NCBI RefSeq assembly: GCF_002113885.1
Contig: NW_018407075.1
Location: 878,385-942,384, forward strand
Reading direction: 5' to 3'
Length of the DNA stretch: 64,000 nt
Origin: Mizuhopecten yessoensis
Taxonomy: Eukaryota
Positions within the stretch are counted from its first letter, which is position 1, and each line of letters starts with the position of its first letter. The translations under genes and the position numbers were made by a program. The notes under the pieces were generated by a model that had not been told where the DNA came from, searched no databases, and saw only the letters and a program-made list of their open reading frames with translations. This document shows, piece after piece, positions 14,126 to 27,000 of this stretch.

Positions 14126-14216
14126 ATAACTCATTTACCCCTGAAGACACACTTGAACTCTTCCAATTCAAAAGTTGGAATAGTTCATTATGAAATTTCA
14201 GGGGTGAATGAGTTAA
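14126..14216. mobile_element. About 90-bp palindromic MITE with TTAA-like flanks (piggyBac-like)
   Basis: TIR (t)aactcatttacccctgaa / ttcaggggtgaatgagttaa; second copy at about 18897-18980 and a right end at 8091-8114. Confidence 0.65.
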
Positions 14217-14700
14217 TAGAAATGTCATAATTGTTTAAGGTTTAGATCTGAAACGGTAATCAAATGGTGTATTCTTTTAATTCTGAAAATAAGTTTTGAC
14301 AATATGCAAGACAAAGTCATTTTCTATTGATCTCATATTTGAACATCTGGAATACTGATGATTAAAAATGGAATTTTATTTGATTGTTTAAAAACCATGT
14401 TTTTCAGTCAAGTATAATCACATGAACAGTATAATACTGAGAATTGCTGAGTGGAACATATGGCATGGTTCATAAAATATTGACAGATTTGTAATAAAAT
14501 ACAAACTTCAATGTTCTTTTTGAGAGAATTTCTATTACTTAAAATTCAGATCAAAGAGAAATTGATCCGCCTATTTAGAATGGCTTGTGACATTGCTCAG
14601 CTGAAACGGCAGATAGTCACGGTTACTCTAAGTAGTGTGTTGTAACACCAATGTAGAATTTGGCTGAAGGTTTGTAACCATAAATTTGTCACTTTTCGTG

Positions 14701-14900
14701 TTAAGGATCCCCGAACCCCCAAAACTGTAACTTAGTATTGAAAACTAAATTGCTCTAGCTTAGATAAATCATTTCTGAAAAGAAAATTATAACTTGCGGG
14801 ACCTTTATCAGAAATAATAAAGATAAAAAATTAAAATATCAACAACAGTATTCTGAGAGTAAAACATTGAGCTGGGCTATAATTCTGACATGTTATTCCC
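14701..14900 (+). mobile_element. Left part of TTAA-type MITE (family of 23680-24049)
   Basis: ttaaggatccccgaacccccaaaactgtaact...catttctgaaaagaaaa aligns with 23680-23790; right end approximate. Confidence 0.55.
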
Positions 14901-15571
14901 CCCATGTTATTATATCTGTGAAATCTGTCTCTCAATATTCAAAGAAAACCACTTAACATCATTCATATCTGTTAATAACAAATGTTAGATGAAATATAGG
15001 CTTTGACTTTCTAGATATCTGAAATAATGTAGTTTAAATCCTGCTTCAAACAGTTCAAGATCTTTAGCATAGTTGAAACTTTTATAGTGATAATTCTTGA
15101 TGTAATTAGTCATCGTTATTTAATCTTTTAATGATTTTATGGAGGTGGCAATTATAACTTGTTCAAAGAAGCCAAGATATTCAGATGTTTGTTAATTATA
15201 CATGTAAAAAATGAAAACGCGAAAATTGTATGAGTGGTTTAATCATTCAGCTGTGATGCACTTTAAAGAAACGTTTTTTATATCGCTGTGATGCACCCAT
15301 GAATCATTTGTTCTATGATCTGCTGGAACTAGTGTCATGTTGTTGTTATTGGAAACATCATGGGAGTAAGGATCAAATTCTCATCAAAACTTAATGATGC
15401 TTATCTAATCCCACATGGTAATAAATCAGTCATCTTTGAAGTATTGGGTTAGGTGGTTGTGACTCAAAACTATTACTCAACAGAGAGCTTTGAGGTCAAA
15501 TATTAAACATGTTAGAAATGAAAATTCACAAAATCTACCAGATTAGAAAAGTCGTTATCATGCCAAAATTT

Positions 15572-15790
15572 GGGTGCTCTGGTGGTGCAGTGGATAACTT
15601 TTCGCTAAGGTGGCCAGGGTTCGATTCCCCTATCAGACGTGTAAAGGTATGGGGTCACCCCCCCGTCCGCGTGGGTTTTCTCCTGGTACTCCGGTTTCCT
15701 CCTACATTTATATCCCCATAATGCTAACATTAGAGTGATTAGTATAAGTTGTGATAACTTGTTTCATAATTATCGTAAAATAAATGAAGT
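15572..15790 (+). mobile_element. tRNA-derived SINE with V-domain-like core
   Basis: A box tggtgcagtgg, B box ggttcgattccc, core gtgggttttctcctggtactccggtttcctcc. Confidence 0.75.
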
Positions 15791-16635
15791 TTATATTTTA
15801 AAGACTATCATTAAGATCTAGACAAATGTACAAGCTCAATATTTCATAATAGTTTTTATTACCGCTTTATCACAAAGACCTTATCCCACTGGCTTGAACT
15901 GATATATTACTGTTCTATGTATATTACATACTACAGTTTATGGAAGGCCTGGATTTTAAATGTCCCATTTGATAGACTTTATCAGCAGTTTAGTGGTTTA
16001 TTTAAAGCTCATTCACACCAATTTATATACTTCGACTTGGGAGATATCTCACAAAAGATAATTAATATGTTGAGCACCCATCTTATCAGACATTAAACAA
16101 TCATTTTGGTGTTGAAGTAAGATTAAGTGTATTTTGAAGCATTTACTGCTTGAAATGTTGAGGCAACATAGATGTCCCATAAAAAAAATCACCATCATAA
16201 ACAAGCACTAGTCATTTTTAAAGGGACATTTTTCCTGAAAATTGAATACTTTTAGCCTGCTCAATATATACTTCTGTTTTGGTGCAGGCGAGAGGTCTGC
16301 CCTTCATTGTCAATATGTATCACTGAGGGTCATTGTCAATAGTGTTTCTTAAAAATTTATGTCAACGGCTTTTCTATCAATAGAATTCTATAAATACACG
16401 TCTATAATGCATGCAGTCATGGCTGGTAATGGTATTTTTCATGTAAATTAGAAGAAGCCAGATGTAAGCCAGCAAAACAGCCCTTTAACATCTTAATCTA
16501 AAGGTTGTACCAACATCTTAATCTAAACAGGCCCAGTGAGCCTTTTGATATGTATTAACCACCATCTGGCTCCAGGCTGATGTTTAGAAGTGCCCTACAC
16601 ATTGATGTAGCTGACCTTTACCTTTCCTGTTTCAG

Positions 16636-16727
16636 ATGTAATTGAGTAGTAACCGCTGAGTGACAGACAGGACAGACAGGCCTAACATAGCAGTCCTACA
16701 AACAGTCTGGTGACCCAGACACAAAAA
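16636..16727 (+). other. TNFAIP8: Probable 5' exon of the TNFAIP8-like gene, supplying the A of a split ATG
   Basis: Strong acceptor tttcctgtttcag and consensus donor gtaagt; joining to 22174 gives ACAAAAA|TGGCA, a good initiation context in frame. Confidence 0.6.
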
Positions 16728-17028
16728 GTAAGTAGCAAAACAACACATGCTCATGTAATCTGTGTCATTAGCAAGCTTCTCCACCTGCTTTGTAATACAG
16801 AAAATTCAACAACATGATAAATTTAATAGGGTTAGTGTGCGATGATTTAACATTGTAATTAAATTGTGTATAGTATACATAAAATATATATCATATTTAC
16901 ATATCATATTCAAGATATACCGAATAGAAAGTCATTAACACAAGCTTATAGGCCAGAAAATTTATTATTTTAATTAGAAGAAATTAGATAGTAATGAAGA
17001 AGTTAATTGTGTTGCACTCAATCAAAAC

Positions 17029-18049
17029 TTAAGGATGTACTCTTCTGAGGTTTAAGTCAAGTTCAAGTCTCGTTTTCATCTGGTGTAATGGGTTTTTGTA
17101 ATATTAAACAAATTATGATCAAGTTTATTAGCAAACACGCATCTGAATAATATGTCAAAAAACTAGATGCCTGTTGTTTGTAGAACTTTTTTTACAAGAA
17201 TTTAAAAAAAATACAAATTCGGTGGCCATCTTGAAAATGTGTATTCATGTGTATTTCTTGCGCTTAAAAAAAAGGCCAACATTTCACCTTTTTTGACACT
17301 AAATTGATCACTTAAATTGTCATTGTATCGTCATTTTTAATTGTAGCAGGTTCATTTTTTTCTGTACAACTTTATAAAGTTCAATATGATAAAAATAATA
17401 TGCAACAAACTGGAAAATATACATTATTGATATTTATTTTACATATTTAGTGTACTTGAAGCACTTTGATTTTTGACCCCAAAAAGGTAAAAAATAACAT
17501 AAATGATAATGGGACAAAATAAGAAGCACACTGACCCCCCATTTTTGTAGATGTTTTAGAAAGAGAAACTCATTTTCATTTAATTCATTAAATATTAAAA
17601 AAAGTTTAATAGCAGAACTTTTTATATCAAGCATTTAATCTGCAAAAACTGTTAAAAAATTAGTATTTTTTCATTAAAAAATATGGGGTAGGGGTAACTA
17701 AAATCGGTTTTCTGAGTCAAAAGAATAAGATTAAGAAATTTTACTTCCATAATTTAAAAGAAAATAATATTTTCATCAATTCTACAAACATTCATACATA
17801 TCTAATAACACACTTGGAAGAAATTATATGAATTTGTTCTGCAAATGATCAAAATCCAAAAAATCACCTAAAATCACATGTTGTGTTAAATTGGTATGTT
17901 TGACAGATCAAAGCACAAAAACGAACACACGGACATATATATTCTTTTGGATTTTTTACTATGCCATGAACTCCTTTTTCCAAAAATCCATATGAGAAAA
18001 AAGGTTAAATACAGGAAATTTTCGACTTCTCAGAGGTGTACATCCTTAA
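17029..18049. mobile_element. About 1-kb non-autonomous DNA transposon with TTAA flanks (Kolobok-like)
   Basis: TIR ttaaggatgtactcttctgag / ctcagaggtgtacatccttaa; no long ORF. Confidence 0.7.
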
Positions 18050-18110
18050 TTAAACAAACAGGTAAAGAAAGTTGACATATTTTCAGCGTTTGGAATTAAC
18101 CTTTGTATAC

Positions 18111-18367
18111 CATACTTGCCAACTTTTTAAAATTTCCTCGGGGGAGATTCTGCATCCTTAAAAATTAAAACCTAAATAAAATCTGTGTACACACCCCCTA
18201 GAGACAGAATGACCCTTTAAATGACACATTTTGAGTTGGTCTTTCAGATGAAATCATCAGATCTTTCAATATAGGAATAGTTTTAGTTTTACCCTGGTTG
18301 AAAATGCTAAATTTTCGGGTCCAAATTCGGGAGTCTCCCGCCAAAATAGGGAGGGTTGGCAAGTATG
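18111..18367. mobile_element. MITE with 13-bp perfect TIR CATACTTGCCAAC
   Basis: catacttgccaac ... gttggcaagtatg; no clear target-site duplication. Confidence 0.65.
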
Positions 18368-18945
18368 ATGTCCTATAACAGTTGTGCCAATAATACTCGA
18401 GATTGATCTTTTTAATATGCAATGAAGCAGTAAAATCGTAACCTCAATATTTGTGTTTTTAAGACTTGATGTGATTTTGTTTTTTTTAGCAGTATGACTT
18501 CACACAGTTCTGATGAAGATGATATAACTAAGGGTGGGCTGGTGTTTTGTGTGCACTACGTATACTGTGTCAGCATATAGCAAATATATATATACTGCCT
18601 ATTAATCACATACAAAAGTCATATTATTTTACTTGTAGTTCTTGTTAATCCTAGTACTGTATGTTATGTATAATTTTAACCATCAACATTTGTACTTACT
18701 TACATGGTAATATTTATGTATTTTATGTATCACTAAATTTTGTTAATTTACTAGACAATGATACGGTGTGGCTTCTATGTACTGACTATTCTCATTTTCA
18801 TTGGCATCTTTATCACTTAAATTTTATTTTTGTATTTTAAGTTTAAATGAAAGGTCAAGGTCACATTGAGGTCAATTTAGTCCTTTCATTATCCTTTACC
18901 TCATTCACCCCTGAAGACACATTTGAACTCTTCCAATTCAAAGGT

Positions 18946-19059
18946 TGGAATAGTTCATGATGAAATTTCCGGGGCAGATGAAGATAACTTGTTTAACTAA
19001 TATGGAATAGTTCATGATGAAATTTCCGGGGCAGATGAAGATAACTTGTTTAACTAATA
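18946..19059. repeat. Exact 57-bp tandem duplication
   Basis: tggaatagttcatgatgaaatttccggggcagatgaagataacttgtttaactaata x2. Confidence 0.9.
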
Positions 19060-20212
19060 TAAAGAGATTTAATAGGTTTTGAAAATTATGTCAATCAGAA
19101 AGATTAATTGGAACCCTAAAAAGAAAATTGATTGAAGTTAAGTCAAGAGCGGTGACCTCAAAGAAACTTTGGTCAAGTGGAATGCACTTTATATGTAACT
19201 TTATTGTCAACGCATGTAATGTCTAGTTTAAGGAAATATGCTTCCATTGTCTGACATAAAAATCTCCTTGCTAAAGAGTTCCACAGTAAAGCAATTAAAT
19301 CTTTTTAATATCTTTAATGGCCATTATTTCCAGTTTGGTTAATTAATAGAATGAAATCATCATAAACACCCCAGCTAGTCCGAATTGTTTAGAAAACATG
19401 AAATAGATGATTTCAAGGGAGGCAACTTGAGTATAATTCTCAGGTAAAACATGTAACAGACCGAGCACAGTAAAAAAAAGCATATTAAAAAAAATTGAAT
19501 GAAGAATAGTAATAAGTAGTGCACTAAAGAATATTTTCTACTTAGCTTTAAAATTGAATAAAGGAAACCTATATATTTATTTACATACCAAGGTAAGCAT
19601 ATTTAAAAAGATGCTGACTGAATTTGTTTCACAGCTGGACAAAGATTTATATAAAGTCAATACAAAGGAATAACAGTTGTGTCATTTCAAAAATGTGTTT
19701 GATATCCAAGTTCTATGAACCTTGTATGCATAATTGAAAGTTACATGTTTATTTTCTTTTTCCATTCTTCATTGATCGGTCATATTGACACAGGATTGAT
19801 ATGTAATGACAAATAAATAGATTCCTGGTGTTCCATATATAGACTTGAGCTAGTGTTTCAGGAACAAAACCCTTGTAATAACTCAGTTTATAATGCATCA
19901 CGATCTTTAATTATCAAGCCTTTTTTTATGTTTCATATATAATTATAACATAATAATTTGATCTTCTTTAAAGCTGTATTACATTTCCTGTCTAAATATA
20001 ACATCTTTTTGATCCGTATTTAGCAGTGTCTGGTGTGGCCACTGACATGTGATGTTTCCATCTATCCTCGTAATCTCGTTTGTAAATACAACCGCACCCC
20101 TTTACTATATATACACAAACACATAGAGAAATAACAAATTAATTGATATCATCTTTCCATCTGTCTGCATTTATCATTAGATAATTACTGCGGTGGTCTT
20201 AGAGGAACATGT

Positions 20213-20964
20213 CCCACTTTCAAGATCACAGGGGTAAAATGTCGTAAAATCTTCAAACGACTTCTTCTGAATAACCAAAAGGCCCAAGGTACTGATATTG
20301 GTCCTGTAGCATGCTCGGATGAAGGGTTACCAAGTTTGTTCAAATGAATTACCTTGATGAACTTTCAAGGTCACAGGGGTCAAATGTCGTAAATTCTTCA
20401 AACGACTTCTTTTAATAATCGAAAGGTCCAGGGTACTGATATTGGGCCTGAAGCATGCTGGGATGAAGGGCTACCAAGTTTGTTCAAATGAATGACCTTG
20501 ACCCACTTTCAAGGTCACAGGGGTCAAACATGTTAAAATTTTCAAACAACTTCTTTTCAATAACCAAAAGGCCCAGGGTACTGATATTGGGCCTGTAGCA
20601 TGCTTGGATATTTGTTCAAATAAATTACCTTGACCAACTTTCAAGGTGACAGGGGTCAAATGTCTTAACATCTTCAAACAACTTCTTCTCAATGACCAAA
20701 GGCCGAGGGTACTGATATTGTGCCTGGAGCATGCTGGGATGAAGGGCTACCAAGTTTGTTCAAATGAATGTCCTTGACCCACGTTCAACCTAATGTCCTT
20801 GTTCGACATTCATGGTCACAGGTGTCATATGTTTAAATCTTTTAATAGGTTCTTATGAATCAAACACTGATATTCTGCCTGTAGCTGTATTTTAGTCCAC
20901 TTTTAAGATTACAAGTGTGAAATTAATACCAGTTGAGTGATGCAGGCCCATTTTGCCTCTTGTT
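20213..20964 (+). mobile_element. 5'-truncated Helentron/HINE-like element with about 144-bp internal tandem repeats
   Basis: About 4 repeats containing caaggtcacaggggtcaaa; 3' end cagttgagtgatgcaggcccattttgcctcttgtt resembles the ends at 41046 and 58900. Confidence 0.7.
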
Positions 20965-21331
20965 TCAAACTTAAAGTCCAGTTCTACTTGGCCGATTTAG
21001 CTAAAACTTGGTAGGAATGATCCATTCATGGTCCTGGCAAAGTTTCCTTTTTTTCCCCGGCTGATCAAAAATCTAATATGGCCGCTTCAGCTATCATTTT
21101 TGGGGGGAAAAAATTCAAACTCAAAATCAAGTTCAAATAGGCCGATTTAACTGAAACTCGGTCTAGGAATGATCATCTCATGGTCCTGACAAACTTAACT
21201 TAATGTTATACTTTACTTTTTTTAATCAAATTGGTAGGGATGATTGACATCATTATCTCCACTTCATATTTCAACAACAAAAATAAATACTGTAGGACTC
21301 AGGTGACCGTTAAGGCCCATGGGCCTCTAGT
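20965..21331 (+). mobile_element. Second HINE-like fragment
   Basis: Two internal repeats (ggccgattta...atggtcctg) and 3' hairpin end caggtgaccgttaaggcccatgggcctctagt. Confidence 0.55.
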
Positions 21332-21811
21332 CGCATTTAGCTCTATTTCGATCAAAGCATGAGAGGGAGCATGTTTTACAAACATTTTAAAGATCATTGC
21401 CAGCTAAAAAAAATTTTTTAAACTTTGAATCTTTGTAACCATACAGATCTTTTTACAGTGAATATCATTATTGTTATGCAAATGTATGTCACAGTATGCT
21501 GGTGGCTTTTTGTATGGTTTTGGCTTCATAAGTTTTGAATGAAGTTCTGTAGAAAATATGCTGGCAGACAATATAACTACTAGTTAGATAAATTCAGTGT
21601 CATTTCACCTGATTACTTTTTGGTCAATTCTTAGAATCGTTACGCGATTGTTATTTGCACTGACTTTGTGTTTTGAAAAACTGTTACTTCAGAAGAAGAA
21701 AAAATTGTCATTGTGTAAAAAAGTGTTTTTTTTGTCATCTGTACAATAAAATATGTAATTCCAATCCTTAACATAACCTGTAACGAAGACCTCATCTCTG
21801 AGGATAGATAA

Positions 21812-21994
21812 CGTATTTACCTTAATAAGTGCCCTGGGTGCTGAGCAATTTCAAAGAGTATGAATGATTTTAAAATTCTCCAAAAAAACCAAAGTAAATG
21901 CTTTTTTGAAGAAAGTCATTAAATTTTTGTGAAAGAATTTGTAGGGTGCTTTGACTAGAATAATGATAAAGGGGCACTTATTAGGACAAATATG
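21812..21994. mobile_element. Short degenerate MITE
   Basis: TIR cgtatttaccttaataagtgccc / gggcacttattaggacaaatatg. Confidence 0.5.
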
Positions 21995-22173
21995 ATATAT
22001 TTTTATATACAATTTTCTATTTTAAGATACTGTAAATACATAACACTTTGATACATTTATTGAATGATCTATAAAACAGATATTTTTGCTCTCTTGCCAA
22101 AATTTAGTGGCAGTGGTAATTAATAAGAATGGTGATATATCGTTTAATAATGACATGGTTTTGTGTGTTTCAG

Positions 22174-22742
22174 TGGCAGAGCCAGGGGCTGGCTTTGACT
22201 CCCGAGGAGTGGGTCTCAAGATCCAGAAGAAACTCCTTGGAAAAATGTCAAGCAAGTCGATCGCAAAACACTTTATTGATGACACCACAAGTAAAGTTTT
22301 AGATGCAGCCTACAAAATCATCAAGGAATATTCGAACAAAAAAGACGCCGAGAAGATGATGAAATATCTCATCAAAATTGTCGTAAAAGTTGGAATATTG
22401 TATCGAAATGACCAATTCAATGCAGAAGAGCTGGCAATGGCCGATTCATTCAAGAAAAAATTCCATTCATTATCTATGACAGTCATTAGTTTTCACGAAG
22501 TGGAGTTTACATACGACTCAGTCTTTCTGAAGTCGAGCGTTGAAGAGTGCAGACAAATGCTTCAGACTCTGATAGAGCGTCATTCAACAGACAAGACGAA
22601 AGGACGGGTAGACCATGTGTTCCATTCGTTTTGTGACGAGAGTCTAATGGATGTGATTTTCGCACCTGAAGGAAAATGCCGCGATTTAATGGAGAGTATA
22701 GTGACAAATTTACGAAAAATGATGGACGAAGGAAATTTATGA
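22174..22742 (+). CDS. TNFAIP8: TNF-alpha-induced protein 8 (TIPE) family protein, main coding exon (189 aa with the split ATG)
   Basis: Hallmark motifs QKKLLGKM, FIDDT, LIKIVVKVGILYRNDQF, MTVISFHEVEFTYD, KGRVDHVF and C-terminal KMMDEGNL; acceptor gtgtttcag ends at 22173, phase 1. Confidence 0.95.
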
Positions 22743-23679
22743 TAACTTCATCACCCAAGTTATCATCACCCTGACTGATCAATACACGCTAGAGACTTCA
22801 CCGTTTTACAAAAGATTGTCTGCAATCACCAATTTCATTTGTACAAATGTATACAAGATATATGAAATAGGTTTGTGTATGAATAGCAAATAATTGACCA
22901 TTCCAGGCACGGAAATAATAAAAACCGTGTAGAGCTTGAAATATACATGAATGACGCTCTCCCTTCCCATCACTTATGTCCCCCTCGTCTCTCTTTTTTG
23001 TGAGTTATCTCCCTTTATTTCAACAAGTATTCTTTGGATGTGTTCATTGTCATTTTCTATGTCTCTCCAAGTATAATGTATAACAATTGTAGAGGTGTAG
23101 ATATATATTGTGAAACTAATTTTATTGCTTATTCCTAATGTCATTCACTAGCTATTAAGATATGCAAAATCCCATGCTGTTTGATCAAGTCTATCAGAAA
23201 ATCGTGTTTATTTCATGTTTTGTATTATGACCAAGGTCAAGGTATTTGGATTCTATTTAAAGAAACATTGATGTTTAAATTGGCAGCATCATCCAGAAAT
23301 TTTATGAAATCAATATAGTGAATATCATGAATGCTTTCAAATTAACTCAATTTGTTTTTAATTCATATTACATTTATGCAATAAAAAACAATGATTTTGA
23401 ATTAATGCTTTCAATACTGTCAGACAAAAACAGAAATCGATATTTGTGGTGCCGAGGATCGAGCCCTTCATTTTGAGTTATTTATGAGTGTCTCTGACTA
23501 TACATGTTTCCATAAACACACAATGTGTTTGTTTGTCATCAGTAGATACATAATGCAGTAAAATAAAATACACTAAATTCTTTGCATGATAATTCAAACA
23601 TTAAAAGCAATTTTCAATAAATGTTGCTGTGGTGGATTTAAATGGGAAATAAATCATACCAACATTTTCAAAAAAGTAG

Positions 23680-24049
23680 TTAAGGAACCCCGTACCACTG
23701 CCAAAAACTGTAACTACACAGTGAAACTGATTTCCAGTCATTCCAATAGTTATGATAAAACATTTCTGAAAAGAAAACCATACCTTGCGGAAATTTGATG
23801 AAAAATGATATAGAGATAGATTTAACAAAAGTACTCAATAACAGTTTCAGAGTATAAATAAAGTATGTGGCCAATCAGGAGTCGAACCTTAATCGACTTC
23901 AGATTGTTATACTGTCGCTCAAACTGACTGAGTTACACGGTCAACAGGAAGTGCTCTGGCCCAGCAGTATTACAGTTATCGACAAAACGAAATTAAGGGG
24001 AGGTTACTCTATACATGAAAAACCAGAGTGCAGTGGGACGGATCCTTAA
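23680..24049 (+). mobile_element. TTAA-flanked MITE (Kolobok-like) carrying an antisense tRNA-like segment at about 23866-23941
   Basis: TIR ttaaggaaccccgtaccactg / cagtgggacggatccttaa; internal segment is the reverse complement of a tRNA-like sequence matching 9552-9625. Confidence 0.7.
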
Positions 24050-27000
24050 ATGATAGCAATCTGGCCATTCACTGCACGCACATTTTGTACCCCCTGTCAA
24101 AATATGATCCTCAGTGTGCCTTGTGTATCATTTTCCTAGATGAGTTGGACACTGTGAGACCTGTATTCAATCTTTTATGTGTGGTGATGATTGGTACTTA
24201 ACTATTGATTGACTGCACATTTAGAATGAATACAAGAATGCATGAAACTATAAAATTAAGTAAAAGAGTGCTATAGAGAAGGGCAGATAACTCTAATTCA
24301 AATTACAAATATAATGTGTAATGTAGCATGTATCCTTAATGAAATGACTTTTAAGGCTCCAAAAGCTCTTGGCCTCTGTCCACGTCAGGGATTGACAATT
24401 ATGTAGCCATATTTTGTAATGATTAGCTTGTATTTTTTTTCTTTTCATTTTTTTTTTTTTTTCATGTCATATAATTATGTAAGTAAAGGAAATCAAGTAC
24501 TTCAAACATGTAACTGGTTTGCCATGTTTGTACTTTCTTTAAATGTATTTATGACACAAATTCAGATCTGAAAATAAGTGACTAGTGCACAATCAAGTGG
24601 ATTAAGTCAATTCCATTGTTGCCTTATTTTAAAAGAATTTTATTTTGTCTAGGCTCCCAAGTGCTTTAAACTTTCTGTAAAAAAAAACACCCAATGCAAA
24701 TTCAAATTGAAATGAAAAGTTTTGATATTGTTCCATTATCTGTAGACTGGTATAGTAATATCATTTATCTCTGAGGGTGATTTTTATTACCGTCTTCAGA
24801 CCAGATATAAACTCCTACCCGAGGGTATTGCTGTAAAATCTCGTGTAATTTTACACATTATCTAGTTGAAAGTATAAGTCAATGTTACGGTTGTGTTAAA
24901 CATCTATTGGTACGACTATTTAACAACAATTTAACCTTGAAACCAGGTATTTTCCAGCAAATTTTGCTACGGAATAAGGTATATCAAGCAATTTTACCTA
25001 AAGTAAAATGTTTTTCCTTCAATTTTGCTTCAGAATAATTACCATATTACAAAAAGGATTTTACCTCAGAATAAGGCATATTCTAATAAGTTTTTCTTTA
25101 GAATCAGGTGTTTTCCGGTAACTTCACCTGAGATTAAAGGTATTTTCAGTCATTTTACTCTTGAGTTCTATACCTGCCTTATACGTGTATGTGCAATGAT
25201 ATACGTGGGATTTTATGGACAGCCTATATATAGGGTAGAAGTGGTCTACAGTGGTGTTACGTTACAGTGTACAGGGTGATAATTACTGTTCTATGAAATA
25301 TAACAACGATATATGGCAGTCACAATATTGGCTTGATGTAACATTTACAGACATTTTGTATCATTGGTCTGCAGGGTTTTTGTCTAAATAGAATTGTCAT
25401 TTGTATTATTTTCAGCATGTTCTACAAAGTCCTTCTCTTTGCTGATATTATCGTAGACTTTTCTGTTTTTACTCCAGTGTGATCAAATATTGCTTTTGTG
25501 CTGACATAATTGTCATTAATTCCTCAAAGAATGTCAAATTGTGGAGAGTTTAAAAGAGGTTGGTCTGGGTTTTAAGACCAGATCAAGAACAAATGTTATC
25601 TATTAACTGGCAATAAAACCACAGGTTTAATTAAGTATGGTTTGACAGCCATGGGTATAGCTGGCTATTCAATGTTATATTATCTCTGTATGATATGTGG
25701 CAGATCCTTCGGAGATCATTTTACAAAAAAGAAACAATCATTTGTTATACACACAAAATTGTTATTTCCAATTTTAACAATGTTTAAGGAAATTGATGAA
25801 AAACTATTTGCTACTCAAAGGGGAATAACTCCTGTACATACAAGCACAAATATCTACTGCTATTATTTCTTAAATAAATTATCCTCATTTATGTCATCTT
25901 TACTTAAGTATTACGTCTTTTGTAGAATAGTTTTCCTTTTAATCAAACTACAAATTGAAAATGCTTACTGTACACAGCAAGAACAAGAAACCTTATATAA
26001 AATATCCCGTTTTTTATACATGTACAAGTTAGAACACTTTCTCATACTTATATTCCATGCAATATGTAATATATTTACACACTGTATATGTAAAATTAAT
26101 TCGACTTTTCTGTTCTGTTAATTTCTTGAGTGATATTAAATGTACCTGGTATTGTTTCATTTGAAAGTTACACACATCAGAAACCTGTAATCGTTTAACT
26201 TGTACTACCAGTAATATCACAAGAATCTCAAAACGTTTTGAAGTTTTATTTTTGTTCAAGATGATGAAAATGGTTCGATAAATATAATGGGAACAGCCAG
26301 GTAGTCAGATAGATGTTGTAAAACACCTCATGTCATGGCTTGCCAGACCTTTGATGACTGATTTACAACCAAAAAAGTTGTTTCCAGTATACAGCTTATT
26401 TTATAGTAGTCTTGATTGTCCTGTTTTTGTCACATGACAGTGGTGATCAACATATTTCTGTCATATCATGTTATCGGGGATTTTCAGAACACTTATAATT
26501 TACATCCATCCTTTAGGTCATGTTGTTGTATTGTTTTGATAGAGAGGAATCTTTTTTTACCTATGAATAACTGGATGAAAGTTTGTTAAAAATCAAATTG
26601 TAACGACAAAAAGAATATGTGTGAGTGTTCATTTGATCAATCCTGATATAAAAAGTCCTTAGTTCAACCTGGCCGGGAACATTTTGGTTTCTGTTTAAAT
26701 TTTTCTCAGAGCATCTAAATTCTGAAAAAAAAAAATCTGTAAAAAACATTGGAAGTTGTGATTTGAACACATCTGTAAAAAATGACAAACTAACATTTTA
26801 TATTAGTGGCATCATTAATTTTGGCCCGATGGAACTCTTCACCTGGACATACCATATTTATCCCGCAAAAAACCCCAAGGAGGGCAACATGTAATCTCTT
26901 ACTCCAAGTAAGGGTGGGCTTATTGCAAGACAGTAAAATATATAATTTGTCAGTGTTTCTTTTTTAGTCTTTTTTACAGGGGTGGGCTTATTACCAGGCA

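Noticed and set aside
22086-22173. N-terminal extension of the 218-aa ORF
   Set aside because: Begins at a non-ATG codon and runs through a pyrimidine tract and acceptor, so it is intronic read-through
25642-26121. 159-aa ORF
   Set aside because: Non-ATG start, AT-rich composition, no recognisable domain or splice structure
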